From NCBI GenBank assembly GCA_023244855.1, contig JAHFLO010000002.1:8017-72016 (forward strand): a stretch of 64,000 nucleotides of DNA, given 5' to 3'. The stretch is from Candidatus Harrisonbacteria bacterium (GTDB taxonomy: Bacteria > Patescibacteriota > Minisyncoccia > UBA6257 > UBA11618). The translations under genes were made by a program, and so were the position numbers. How positions within the stretch are numbered: position 1 is the first letter of the stretch; every line of letters begins with the position of its first letter. Positions 1-9,668 of the stretch are shown here, piece after piece. Below the pieces are notes generated by a model. The model worked only from the letters and a program-made list of their open reading frames with translations. It did not search any database and was not told the origin of the DNA.

Positions 1-162
1 CCTCTTAGGCGTATAGAGTACAAAGAACCAGTAATGCCCCCATCCACCCAAACCCTACCGGAACCGATACGTACCGCCTTGCGAGAAGAAAAGGATAGGA
101 AGGATAATCAATTGATACGGTTACCAACCGACCAATCCCGCGGGAACAACAACAATCTATGA
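1..162 (+). CDS. 3' end of a CDS truncated by the window edge (hypothetical protein)
   Basis: Frame 1 is open from base 1 (PLRRIEYKEP...NNNNL) to TGA 160-162, overlapping the next ATG (ATGA), which is typical translational coupling. Confidence 0.55.
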   Translation, partial: PLRRIEYKEPVMPPSTQTLPEPIRTALREEKDRKDNQLIRLPTDQSRGNNNNL

Positions 163-881
163 CACTTGAACAAATCGCCCGCCTCTACGTCATATTTAAA
201 ACGCTCCAGCCGGAAATCAAGGAATGGATAGCTTCGGATGACACAAGCGCAATCATTAAAGCGATTGCCGCGCGCTTTATTCTTTCAGACGAGCAAGAAC
301 GCGTTCTACCCCTCTTAGTACTTCGTCTCGTGACGCAAGACCTGCCGCCGGAAAGCTTTAAGGCGGAGCTCGCGAAAGAAACGGGTGTAGACACGGAGCT
401 CGCGAAAAATATTACGGATGCGATAGCAAAAGAAGTAATAGAGCCAATTGCCTCCGCCCTCCGCTATAGCGGCGTGAATACAGCTCTTTTAGGATTTAAC
501 GCCCCGGCAACAGCGCCGCATCCGGCAAGCGAAGCAATGCCGCGCCCCGCACCAGCACCGCAGCCACCGATACCCACAGACCCCATACAAACGGCCACGG
601 AAAACGCGCCCGAATCCATCCTTGTACCAACACCCCTACAACCCTTCATCCTCCACGAAGAGCCGCGCGCAGTAGCCGCACAAAGTGGAGCAAGATCCTT
701 CAGCTACTCCCCACAGACGGATACGGGCGTGGAGAGTACCACTTCTCCGCGTGTCGTGATCGAGCGCGTAGTTCACTACAGCCAATTACGCACGCCGCTT
801 AACATTGCGAGCACGACAAGGAGCGCCCCCGAAGGGGATCGAGTAAAGCCGAAGCTCCCGCAATCGAAGTGGTTTACCTAG
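159..881 (+). CDS. Hypothetical protein (helical N-terminus, Pro-rich C-terminus) heading the T4SS-like cluster
   Basis: 240-aa ORF tightly coupled to neighbours; resembles proteins commonly found upstream of PrgI in CPR genomes. Confidence 0.7.
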   Translation: MTLEQIARLYVIFKTLQPEIKEWIASDDTSAIIKAIAARFILSDEQERVLPLLVLRLVTQDLPPESFKAELAKETGVDTELAKNITDAIAKEVIEPIASALRYSGVNTALLGFNAPATAPHPASEAMPRPAPAPQPPIPTDPIQTATENAPESILVPTPLQPFILHEEPRAVAAQSGARSFSYSPQTDTGVESTTSPRVVIERVVHYSQLRTPLNIASTTRSAPEGDRVKPKLPQSKWFT

Positions 882-885
882 CACT

Positions 886-1362
886 ATGCAATTCCAAGTA
901 CCCCAATACATAGACGTCGAGGACAAAATCGTAGGTCCTTTAACTCTCAAGCAATTCTTTTATATCGCGGGTGGGTTCCTCACGATATTCGTATCGTTCT
1001 TCGTACTCGTGACATGGCTTTGGCTTATAACGTCGGTCTTCATAGGCACTATGTCGCTTGCATTCGCGCTCGTAAAATACAACGGCAGGCCGCTCATGAC
1101 GGTAACGCTCGCCGCCATCCGCTACTATACCGGCGGCCGCACATATACATGGCAAAAAACGGATAGCGTAAAGAAGCAAGCGCCTACGGGATTGCTCGCC
1201 AAGCTCGGGCTCGGTATGACGGCGGGTACGCGCCCTGTCGCAGGGCGCGAAACATCAGTTAACGGGTTTTTTAGTCGCAGCCTGCCAGCGCAAGACCGCA
1301 CGGAAATCGTGCGCCGCACGGACGGCGACCGTGCGATCGCTAAACGGATAGACTACAGATAG
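886..1362 (+). CDS. PrgI-family membrane protein (VirB3-like)
   Basis: N-terminal MQFQVPQYIDVEDKIVGPLTLKQF motif followed by two TM segments and NGRP. Confidence 0.85.
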   Translation: MQFQVPQYIDVEDKIVGPLTLKQFFYIAGGFLTIFVSFFVLVTWLWLITSVFIGTMSLAFALVKYNGRPLMTVTLAAIRYYTGGRTYTWQKTDSVKKQAPTGLLAKLGLGMTAGTRPVAGRETSVNGFFSRSLPAQDRTEIVRRTDGDRAIAKRIDYR

Positions 1363-1372
1363 AATTAACGAT

Positions 1373-2053
1373 ATGGCAGAAGAATCCCTCGCAACCCAAA
1401 ACCTTCTCGAAGCGGAACGCATCGAGCGCAACTGCATAGTATTACGGGACGGCGGCCTGCGCTCGGTAATTCTCGTATCCGGCATGAACTTCGAGCTGCG
1501 CTCGGAAGACGAACAAAACGCCGCGATAGGCGCGTACCAGAATTTCTTAAACGGGCTCGATTTCTCTGTGCAGATTTTCATCCATTCACGGAAGATCAAT
1601 ATCGACGGATACATACAAGAACTTTCGGGTATTGAGCGAGGAGAAATAAACGACTTATTAAAAGGCCTTATTGGCGGATACAAAGACTTCGTGGCATCTC
1701 TCGTGGCAGACAACCCGATTATGGAAAAAACCTTCTTTGTGATCGTGCCGTACGACTCCGTATTACCCGCAAACCAACGCGCAATATTCGACGCCATCAC
1801 CGGATTCTTTAAGCGTAAAAAAGTAGCCGACCCGACAGAGGCCGTCCCTACACCAGAAACCACAGCACCCAAAGCTAACGCAGTGGGGGACAGCAGCTTC
1901 GCCGCACTCACTCAGCGCACCGAGCAGGTAGTAAGTGGCCTTTCGCAAATAGGCCTCCGCGCCGTGCCGCTTGAAGAAGACGAGCTCGCGGAACTCTTAT
2001 ACAACCTCTACAACCCCGAAACCGTCGAACGCCACGTTATCCCTCAAGAATAA
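1373..2053 (+). CDS. TraC/VirB4 N-terminal-like T4SS-associated protein
   Basis: SGMNFELRSEDEQNA..YQNFLNGLDFSVQIFIHSR and FFVIVPY motifs; lies between PrgI and VirB4. Confidence 0.75.
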   Translation: MAEESLATQNLLEAERIERNCIVLRDGGLRSVILVSGMNFELRSEDEQNAAIGAYQNFLNGLDFSVQIFIHSRKINIDGYIQELSGIERGEINDLLKGLIGGYKDFVASLVADNPIMEKTFFVIVPYDSVLPANQRAIFDAITGFFKRKKVADPTEAVPTPETTAPKANAVGDSSFAALTQRTEQVVSGLSQIGLRAVPLEEDELAELLYNLYNPETVERHVIPQE

Positions 2054-2057
2054 ACCC

Positions 2058-3758
2058 ATGAAAAAAGACCTCGCAGACATCATCGCCCCGCCGGAAATCA
2101 CGATAGCGCCAGACCACATGAAGGTGGGGAAAAAGTTCGCCCGCACGGTTTTCGTTTCCAACTACCCGCGCTACCTTTCGACCGGATGGCTCAGCCCCAT
2201 CGTTAACGCGCCTGAGCTTATGGACGTGAGCATCTTCATGCATCCGGCCGATACCGCAGACACGTTAAAAAAACTCAAGCGGAAGACGGCACAGATCGAA
2301 GCGCAGCTCATGGACCAAGAAGAGAAGGGATTAGTGCGGAACCCGCTACTCGAAACCGCGTACCAAGACGTGGAGGGTCTGCGCGATTCGCTCCAGCAGG
2401 CGCGCGAACGCCTCTTTATGGTCGGTCTCTATATAACGTTCTACGCCGACACCTTAAAAGATCTAGAAATACTCGAAGGCCGCATCGTGAATATGCTCGA
2501 AACGCGACTAGTATACGCAAAGCAAGCGACATTCGAGCAAATGGAAGGATGGAACTCAACGCTCCCCATAGCCGCAGACCGGCTCGCAGTGCACACACCC
2601 ATGAATTCCGGACCCGCTTCATCACTCTTCCCGTTTGTCTCGACCGACCTTACGGGCGACACGGGAATACTCTACGGCGTAAACCGCACCGATAACACGC
2701 TCGTGATATTCGACCGCTTCAGCCTTGAAAACGCCAACATGGTTATCTTCTCCAAGTCCGGTGGCGGTAAATCGTACGCCGCGAAACTCGAGGCACTCCG
2801 GCTCATGATGACAGGGGTCGACGTGATAATCATCGACCCCGAGCACGAATACAAAGCCCTTGCCGAGTCCGTGGGTGGTAGTTTTATAAATGTTTCACTC
2901 GCTTCAACCGAACATATTAATCCGTTCGACATACCGAATGTCCCCGAAGACGAAAGCGACGACGACGCCCTGAAGTCGCACGTCGTCACGGTAGCCGGCC
3001 TCGTAAAGATGATGGTGGGGGAGATAACGCCCGAAGAGGAAGCGATGCTTGACCGCGGTATTACGGAAACCTACGCGCTAAAAGACATCGTCCCCGGTAA
3101 AGACTTTTCCAAAAAAACCGCGCCCGTGCTCGCGGACTTGAAGACCGTCCTCGAAAGCATGGAGGGAGGTAAATCAATCGCTGAACGCCTATACCGCTTC
3201 ACGGAAGGCAGTTATTCGGGCTTCACGAATTTTTCCACAAACGTTGACCTTAGTAACCGCCTTATCGTCTTCTCCCTTCGCGACCTCGAGGAAGGCTTAC
3301 GCCCCATCGCCATGTACCTCGTGCTCAACTTCATCTGGAACGTCGTGCGTGGAAAGATAAAAAAACGCGTCATGATCGTCGACGAAGCATGGTGGCTCAT
3401 GCGCTACCCCGAAGGCGCCTTATTCCTCTTCGGGCTCGTAAAGCGCGCACGCAAATATTACTTGGGCGTAACAACTATTACGCAAGACGTAGAAGATTTC
3501 CTTCTTTCGCCCTACGGCCGCCCTATTATTACTAATTCATCGTTACAACTACTCCTTAAACAATCGCCGGCGATGATGGACGTACTCCAAAAGACGTTCA
3601 ACCTCTCGGAGGGGGAGAAGAGCCTCCTTCTTGAAACACCCGTGGGGCAAGGGCTCTTTTTCGCGGGAACGAAGCACGCCGTAATACAAGTGCTCGCCTC
3701 TTCGCCCGAAGATAAGGTAATAACCACAAACCCGAAAGATACCGTATGGAAGAAATAA
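2058..3758 (+). CDS. VirB4-like conjugative/T4SS ATPase
   Basis: Walker A-like SKSGGGKS, IIDPEHEY, Walker B MIVDEAW, KRARKY..TQD; ATG 2058 preferred over the ORF-track start. Confidence 0.9.
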   Translation: MKKDLADIIAPPEITIAPDHMKVGKKFARTVFVSNYPRYLSTGWLSPIVNAPELMDVSIFMHPADTADTLKKLKRKTAQIEAQLMDQEEKGLVRNPLLETAYQDVEGLRDSLQQARERLFMVGLYITFYADTLKDLEILEGRIVNMLETRLVYAKQATFEQMEGWNSTLPIAADRLAVHTPMNSGPASSLFPFVSTDLTGDTGILYGVNRTDNTLVIFDRFSLENANMVIFSKSGGGKSYAAKLEALRLMMTGVDVIIIDPEHEYKALAESVGGSFINVSLASTEHINPFDIPNVPEDESDDDALKSHVVTVAGLVKMMVGEITPEEEAMLDRGITETYALKDIVPGKDFSKKTAPVLADLKTVLESMEGGKSIAERLYRFTEGSYSGFTNFSTNVDLSNRLIVFSLRDLEEGLRPIAMYLVLNFIWNVVRGKIKKRVMIVDEAWWLMRYPEGALFLFGLVKRARKYYLGVTTITQDVEDFLLSPYGRPIITNSSLQLLLKQSPAMMDVLQKTFNLSEGEKSLLLETPVGQGLFFAGTKHAVIQVLASSPEDKVITTNPKDTVWKK

Positions 3759-4165
3759 CAGAAGCACCTAAAATAAACGGTATCGAAGGAGCCGTCATGG
3801 TCGGCGTGTGTATTCTCTTCGATGTTGCGGATTTTTTTGCCACGTTTCTCGACGCGCTGTTCGGCGCAGGGGAGCTCGTTAAGTTTTTTATCAACGCCTT
3901 CGCTTCCGTAGTACTCTGGCTGTGGGCTACTATGAAAGGAGTGGGTGCCGAACGCACGCTCGTAGGAAACCTTCTCGAATTCGTTCCGATAATAAATACG
4001 CTCCCGATACGGACGATAGCGATGCTCGCGACCATATGGCTCGACCGACACCCGAAGCAGGCGGAGCTAGCGGAAAATCTCGCACCAAAAATAAAAAATC
4101 CGAGACGTGCCATAGGTAGAAGGGCTCTTGCCGCAAAAGCCGCGAAAACAACGCAAGTCGCATGA
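3746..4165 (+). CDS. Small multi-TM membrane protein of the T4SS-like cluster
   Basis: Hydrophobic segments, EFVPIINTLP motif, basic tail; overlaps both neighbours. Confidence 0.7.
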   Translation: MEEITEAPKINGIEGAVMVGVCILFDVADFFATFLDALFGAGELVKFFINAFASVVLWLWATMKGVGAERTLVGNLLEFVPIINTLPIRTIAMLATIWLDRHPKQAELAENLAPKIKNPRRAIGRRALAAKAAKTTQVA

Positions 4166-4740
4166 ACTACGCCATGAAAATAATCCTAAAAACGATACTT
4201 ATACTCGGAATATCCCTACCAGCACTCTCGTATGCCGCGCCAGAGCTTATCATTACGTGGAAGGCGGCGTCGTATACGCCTAAAGACTATGCCGGAAAAG
4301 CATTGCCTATAGCGGGGACGCCAATCGACGTTTCAGCGCTACTTATCGACGGAGGGAAAGTAATAAATCTTGCTTCGTACGATATCAATTGGTATGCAGG
4401 CGAAGACCGCATCGCAGGCGGTAAGGGAGTCGCAACCACGCGCACGAAAGCACCCATCACAGGACAAGATTTTCTCGAGCTGCGCGTAAACGTAGGGAAG
4501 TATGAAAATCAGCCGCTCGACGCGTTCGTTACTATCCCCGTGGTCCGCCCAGAAATCCTTATACGAAAAAAGGAGGGCACAAAACCGCAAGAGTTTTCTA
4601 TAATTCCCTATTTCTGGAACATCCTAAGCGAAAGCGGGCTCACGGTTACATGGGAAGATACCGGAGATACCGTAACCGCGAGCGCGGAAAATAAAAAAGA
4701 TCCAATGGAATTCGCGCGCATGACCACACCAAAACAATGA
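4162..4740 (+). CDS. Secreted beta-rich hypothetical protein
   Basis: Signal peptide (MKIILKTILILGISLPALSYA), ITWKAASYTP..Y.GKALP motif; ATGA overlaps. Confidence 0.7.
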   Translation: MNYAMKIILKTILILGISLPALSYAAPELIITWKAASYTPKDYAGKALPIAGTPIDVSALLIDGGKVINLASYDINWYAGEDRIAGGKGVATTRTKAPITGQDFLELRVNVGKYENQPLDAFVTIPVVRPEILIRKKEGTKPQEFSIIPYFWNILSESGLTVTWEDTGDTVTASAENKKDPMEFARMTTPKQ

Positions 4741-5528
4741 AACGGATGCTTATAGCCTCATTACTATTCTACGCCCTCGTAATTGGGGGTGCAGCTTACG
4801 CACAGGCGCAACAAGATCCGTTCGCTCAGTACGGATCCGCAACGACCGAACGGTGTGGTCCCCAATTCAACGGCGATTACATATTATGCGAATCGACGGG
4901 TGGACTCATACAACAACGGCAAACCAACTTCGCCGCATTCCTTCGTGAGATGTATACTCTCGCCTTTATTCTCGCCGGCACCGTGGCTTTCGTGCGCATC
5001 GTCTACGGGGGAGTACTGTATAGCTGGAGCGGCGTTATAGACCAGAAAAAGAAGGCGATAGGAATATTTTGGAACGTCGCGACTGGCATGGCACTCCTTA
5101 TGGGGTCGTACGCCGTCTTAAACACTATAAACCCCGCACTTACCATCCTCGCTCTGCCGAACGTTACAATGAGAAGACCACAGAACAGCAGCGTACCAAC
5201 GCTACCACTTTCATCACTAAATGAAATGCCGTCACCGATCGATCTACTCGATAAGTCGATCAATGGCATTAGAAAAGAAAATGAAGCACTTATAAACGGC
5301 CTCGGACTTTATACGCTCGGTATGGACGCAGAGGCGACACGGGACCTCGTTAACAGCGAAATAGAAAGAATAGGAACTCCCTCGAATAACGCGGAACGCG
5401 CGCGACTCGGCGAACTGCAAAAATCCTTACAGGAACTCGAAGAAATCGAAGCGCAAGCGAATGCCGTTAGGAGCACTCCTACAAACACGCCGCCTCAGCA
5501 ATATAAACGTACTAAGACAACCCAGTGA
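4737..5528 (+). CDS. T4SS pilin-like protein (TrbC/VirB2-like) with C-terminal extension
   Basis: Signal peptide, Cys pair, two-TM hairpin with IVYGG..Y and SYAVLNTINP pilin-type motifs. Confidence 0.75.
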   Translation: MKRMLIASLLFYALVIGGAAYAQAQQDPFAQYGSATTERCGPQFNGDYILCESTGGLIQQRQTNFAAFLREMYTLAFILAGTVAFVRIVYGGVLYSWSGVIDQKKKAIGIFWNVATGMALLMGSYAVLNTINPALTILALPNVTMRRPQNSSVPTLPLSSLNEMPSPIDLLDKSINGIRKENEALINGLGLYTLGMDAEATRDLVNSEIERIGTPSNNAERARLGELQKSLQELEEIEAQANAVRSTPTNTPPQQYKRTKTTQ

Positions 5529-6388
5529 GTAAGTGGCTTTTCATATCCGTAACCGTCGTACTCGTGGCGCTTTTTGGCACCGTGGCGTATTACGGCATGC
5601 AGGCGCTCGAACCGCATACGTACGTTCCGACCGTAGAAGAAGAGGTGAAGGTTACTGCGACAAGCACGCCCACAACATCGCTTTCTTTACCGAGTCTCCC
5701 CGGACTGCCAGAGAAAAAACCAATACCTGTTTCTTTGGATGAAATCTCAGCCGACCCCGTAAAAGTTTTAAACACCGAAGAGCAGCTCGCATACCTCGCC
5801 ACCTCGACGATCCGCGAACTGAATCCCGACAAGCTCTTCTTCGCGCCGAAAGACAGCCGCGCATACCCCTACGGCAAAAACGATATGTTCGTAATCGAAC
5901 GCCCGTCGAACCTTGTGCGAACGTCCTTATGGACTATTAATACGTCAACGAAGACCGTTTCACGCATTGCCGGCCCTAGCTTCGGATTAATGGCACGCTG
6001 GTCCAAAAACGGCCGCTATGTTTTTACCATGAGCGCGGATCAAGCCGGAGCGCTCACGCTTTCTTTTATTGATACGAAAACGAAAACAACGACACCGCTC
6101 CGCATAGCCACACTCCCATCCAAATGTTTCATCATGGACGCTAGTCCCATAATGTACTGCGGCGTGCCGCAGGGTGCGCCCGAGGGAGTAGTGCTACCCG
6201 ACGATTACCTCAAGAACAAGTTCGCCTCGACGGACCGCATCGTAAAAATAGATTTTAAAACCCCTAAGGTAACGGAACTCTGGAGCGGCACGTCAGAATC
6301 CCTCGACATCCAAAACCCCGCCGTGATCGGCACCAACTTATTCTTCACCAACAAAACCGACGACTCCGTCTGGAAGCTGGCCTTATAG
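5525..6388 (+). CDS. Membrane-anchored extracellular protein, probable beta-propeller
   Basis: N-terminal TM, Thr/Pro linker, WSKNGR and TLPSKC..YCGVP..LPDDY motifs. Confidence 0.7.
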   Translation: MSKWLFISVTVVLVALFGTVAYYGMQALEPHTYVPTVEEEVKVTATSTPTTSLSLPSLPGLPEKKPIPVSLDEISADPVKVLNTEEQLAYLATSTIRELNPDKLFFAPKDSRAYPYGKNDMFVIERPSNLVRTSLWTINTSTKTVSRIAGPSFGLMARWSKNGRYVFTMSADQAGALTLSFIDTKTKTTTPLRIATLPSKCFIMDASPIMYCGVPQGAPEGVVLPDDYLKNKFASTDRIVKIDFKTPKVTELWSGTSESLDIQNPAVIGTNLFFTNKTDDSVWKLAL

Positions 6389-6473
6389 AACGTAATTAAG
6401 ACTTGTATCACTTTTACGACGACCGTCGTTAAAATGATATATTCGTGCACCACCTAGTAAGCCTCGAAAAAAA

Positions 6474-6908
6474 CTAAAGTAACGGCTTCACGATAACCCT
6501 GCGGTCGCGTTTGTCGCCCGCGCTTTCGGTCTTCACGTCGGGACGGGTGGCGAGCTCCGTGTGCACCAAGCGGCGCTCGTACGCGTTCATTGGCGGCAAT
6601 TGCACATCTGCTTTCGTTATCAAAACCTTGCGCGCTGCCGCTTTCGCAATCTCCACAATCAAATGCTCGCGCTCCTTGCGGTAGTTGTTCACGTCAACGT
6701 ACACCATGCCGTGCACGCCGACCTTGCGGCCGATAGTGCGCGCGATGAAGCCGAGGTCGGCGACGAGGCGGGGGATCCATTCTTTAAGCCATTCACCCTC
6801 GTCCAAGAATATCGAAAACCGCGCGCCCGCGGGGTCGAGTTCCACAACGGAGCCGGAAAACCCAGCTACCCGCAAAAGTTCGTTAAGGGCTTGTTTGATA
6901 TGCTCCAT
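6474..6908 (-). CDS. jag: Jag/KhpB-like R3H RNA-binding protein (short form)
   Basis: VDVNNYR, LPPMNAYERRLVH R3H motif, TESAGD..RRV; follows yidC. Confidence 0.88.
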   Translation of the reverse strand: MEHIKQALNELLRVAGFSGSVVELDPAGARFSIFLDEGEWLKEWIPRLVADLGFIARTIGRKVGVHGMVYVDVNNYRKEREHLIVEIAKAAARKVLITKADVQLPPMNAYERRLVHTELATRPDVKTESAGDKRDRRVIVKPLL

Positions 6909-6915
6909 AGAATAC

Positions 6916-7566
6916 TTATGTTTTAGGGAATTTCCGTTCCACGTGCAACTGTTGGGCTATAGAGAAAAGCGTCGTCGTTACCCAATAAATGCCGATAGCG
7001 GCAGGGAGCGACCATAAGACCGCAACGGTAATTATAGGCCCAATCATTACCATATTGCGCGCCGTCTGCGCCGCAGGGCTCTTATCGTCCTTATTGCCGG
7101 CCATGCTCATTACGCCCAGTAAATACTGCAGAAGCGCCGCAATGACAACCAAAAGGATACTCCGCTCGCTGAGCGTTATCAATCCTAAAAAGGACTGTGA
7201 AAGCTCCGGTAGAGGCATAAGGAAAACCTGGTAGAGAGCGATCAATATCGGCAATTGGACGAAGATAAGTCCGAGACTCATTAAGGGATTTACACCATGT
7301 TCCTTATAAAGCGCCATTAAGGCCTTACCTTGCTCTTCGCGGTTGCCTTTATGCTTCGTCTGGATGTCTTGAATATGCGGCTGGATCTTTTTCAAGACGT
7401 GCTGCTGTTTAAGACTCTTATAGAAGAGAGGATAGAGCACTAAACGCACGATAACGGTAAGTAAAATAATCGCGGAGCCGAGGTCGCCGAACGTTATATT
7501 CGCGTGCAAAAAAAGCAGCAGCGCGAGAAGCGGATCAATTAAGAGAAGATGGAATAAGTTCGTCAT
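6916..7566 (-). CDS. yidC: Membrane protein insertase YidC/Oxa1
   Basis: IILLTVIVRLVLYPL, LYKEHGVNP, QLPILIALY, IYWVTTTLFSIAQQ. Confidence 0.95.
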   Translation of the reverse strand: MTNLFHLLLIDPLLALLLFLHANITFGDLGSAIILLTVIVRLVLYPLFYKSLKQQHVLKKIQPHIQDIQTKHKGNREEQGKALMALYKEHGVNPLMSLGLIFVQLPILIALYQVFLMPLPELSQSFLGLITLSERSILLVVIAALLQYLLGVMSMAGNKDDKSPAAQTARNMVMIGPIITVAVLWSLPAAIGIYWVTTTLFSIAQQLHVERKFPKT

Positions 7567-7849
7567 GCCATTGTTTGGCTGTATACGCCGCGGCCGCCGG
7601 ATGCGTGATCACAAGGTAATCGGCAACCGGCCACGCGGCCATAACCCCCTGCACTGCCGTAAACGCCATGCGGCGGATTTTATTCCTGCCCACGGCGGAC
7701 TTCGCAACACGCCTGCCTACCACGACGCCGAAACGAGCGTAGGGGAAAAGGGCGGGAAAGATTTTTACCGTAAAAGCGGGCTTGCGCACCGTGCGGCCGT
7801 GGCGCAGAAGCGCCTCCTGCACCGGCAGGCGGTTCTTCTTAGCGAGCAT
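7535..7849 (-). CDS. rnpA: Ribonuclease P protein component
   Basis: MLAKKNRL start, RFGVVVGRRVAKSAVGRNKIRR (RNR motif); canonical position. Confidence 0.93.
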   Translation of the reverse strand: MLAKKNRLPVQEALLRHGRTVRKPAFTVKIFPALFPYARFGVVVGRRVAKSAVGRNKIRRMAFTAVQGVMAAWPVADYLVITHPAAAAYTAKQWHDELIPSSLN

Positions 7850-7991
7850 GCACCGCGGTAACCGCGAGAGATTTCCTTCCCTTGCGGCGGCGCTTGGTTA
7901 TAACGCGCGCGCCCATAGAAGAAGACATACGCTTCAAAAAACCGTGCGTCCTGCGGCGCTTTTTCTTGTGCGGATTGTAGGTTTGACTCAT
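7839..7991 (-). CDS. rpmH: 50S ribosomal protein L34 (missing from the ORF track)
   Basis: Manual translation MSQTYNPHKKKRRRTHGFLKRMSSSMGARVITKRRRKGRKSLAVTAVHAR; divergent from dnaA. Confidence 0.95.
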   Translation of the reverse strand: MSQTYNPHKKKRRRTHGFLKRMSSSMGARVITKRRRKGRKSLAVTAVHAR

Positions 7992-8019
7992 GCGGCTATT
8001 ATAGCAGATTCGGACCCGC

Positions 8020-8078
8020 TTATCAACACGTTTTTTTCGTTACGTCATTATTGACAGGGGAACGCCCGACTCTACAAT
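8020..8078 (+). promoter_or_regulatory. dnaA promoter with an upstream DnaA box
   Basis: TTATCAACA (8020-8028, one mismatch to TTATCCACA); TTGACA 8051-8056, 16-nt spacer, TACAAT 8073-8078. Confidence 0.7.
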
Positions 8079-8085
8079 GAGTACC

Positions 8086-9462
8086 ATGGATTGCAACGAG
8101 CTTTGGCAGAAAGTACTCGGCGAAGTCGAATTGCAAATATCGCGACCTAATTTCATAACGTGGTTTAAGAATAGTTCTATTTTGGAGAAAAAAGACGGCA
8201 CGGTTACTGTCGGTCTGCCAAATAATTTCGCCCGCGAGTGGGTTGAAAACAAATATCACAACACGATCTTCGGTACACTCCGCACAATCGACAGCGGTAT
8301 ACGCAAAGTAGAATATATTCTTACAAAAGATTCCGCGAAACTCACTCATGGCGTAAAAAAAGCGGGTAGCGACCGCCCGTATACCGATTCTTCTTCGCAG
8401 CTCGCGTTCAACGAGCTGATTATCGACCCGAACACCAACCTTAACCCCCACCACACGCTTAACTCCTTCATCGTCGGGTCGTCCAATGAAATGGCGTATG
8501 CCGCGGCGATGGGAATCATTAAAGAAATAGGCACTAAATACAACCCACTCTTCATATACGGCGGTGTTGGTGTGGGTAAAACCCACTTAATGCAGGCTTT
8601 AGGTAACGAAGTGGTAAAGCTATACCATAATAAAGTCCGCGCACGGTACGTCACGTCCGAAAAATTCACGAACGACGTTATCTGGGCGATGAAGAATAAG
8701 CGCATGGACTCGATTAAAGAAAAGTACCGCGCAATCGACGTCCTCATCATCGACGATATTCAATTCATTGCCGGTAAGGCGCGCACCGAAGAAGAATTTT
8801 TCCATACGTTTAATGCGCTCTACGAAGAACGTAAACAGATTATTATATCCTCAGACCGCTCGCCGAAGTTTATCCCTATACTCGAAGAACGCCTGCGCTC
8901 GCGCTTCGAAGGGGGAATGATAGTAGATATCGGTTACCCTGATTTTGAGCTTAAGGCGGCCGTACTCCGCGCTAAGCTCGCGGAGAAAAAAGCTGAATTA
9001 TCCGACGAGGTGATCGCTGAGATTGTTAATAAGGTAAAGAAAGGTTTCCGCGAGCTCGAAGGAATATTAAACCGCATACTTTTTTATCAGCAGGTTAAAA
9101 ACCTCATTATAACGCCCAAGTTAGCCGAGCAGATTATCGCCGAAGTCATAAAGACCCCGCAGAAAAATATCCACCCCGACGTTATAATCCAAACCGTTTC
9201 CGATTTTTTTGAGGTACCGACGGCAGACATTATGAGCCATTCGCGCAAACAGCAGGTTGTAGAACCCCGCCAGATTGCTATTTACCTCTTACGCGATATC
9301 TTAGACCTTTCATACCCCTTTATTGGTGAAAAACTAGGTAAGCGCGACCACACAACCGTGCTCTACGCGTACGAGAAAATATCGCAGGAAATGACGCGCA
9401 ACCAGACGCTTAGTCAGAAAATACTTTCTATCAGGGAAATGCTGAATAAAGCATATGTATAA
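8086..9462 (+). CDS. dnaA: Chromosomal replication initiator DnaA
   Basis: YNPLFIYGGVGVGKTHL, LIIDDIQF, RLRSRFEGG, KRDHTTV; ATG 8086 preferred because ATG 8077 overlaps the -10 box. Confidence 0.98.
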   Translation: MDCNELWQKVLGEVELQISRPNFITWFKNSSILEKKDGTVTVGLPNNFAREWVENKYHNTIFGTLRTIDSGIRKVEYILTKDSAKLTHGVKKAGSDRPYTDSSSQLAFNELIIDPNTNLNPHHTLNSFIVGSSNEMAYAAAMGIIKEIGTKYNPLFIYGGVGVGKTHLMQALGNEVVKLYHNKVRARYVTSEKFTNDVIWAMKNKRMDSIKEKYRAIDVLIIDDIQFIAGKARTEEEFFHTFNALYEERKQIIISSDRSPKFIPILEERLRSRFEGGMIVDIGYPDFELKAAVLRAKLAEKKAELSDEVIAEIVNKVKKGFRELEGILNRILFYQQVKNLIITPKLAEQIIAEVIKTPQKNIHPDVIIQTVSDFFEVPTADIMSHSRKQQVVEPRQIAIYLLRDILDLSYPFIGEKLGKRDHTTVLYAYEKISQEMTRNQTLSQKILSIREMLNKAYV

Positions 9463-9668
9463 CCTGTGGATAGTTTACGGATAACATGTTGCCAAACAAC
9501 CACATACTTCACATGATTACCATAACCTGTAAAAGTTATCCCTCGAGCAACCGCGAAATAATCCACAGGTAGACTATGCGAATAACGCCACTATATACAA
9601 GAGAAAAAGAAGTTATCCACCTATCCGCCTCGCTTACTACTACTACTAACTATATATAAAGAGAATAT
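9463..9668. other. Replication origin oriC (DnaA boxes, DnaA-trios, AT-rich tract)
   Basis: DnaA-box-like TGTGGATAG 9465, TACGGATAA 9476, TTATCCCTC 9536, TAATCCACA 9559, TTATCCACC 9613; then TACTACTACTACTAAC 9635-9650 and TATATATAAA; + strand looks C/A-rich before and G/T-rich after. Confidence 0.88.
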
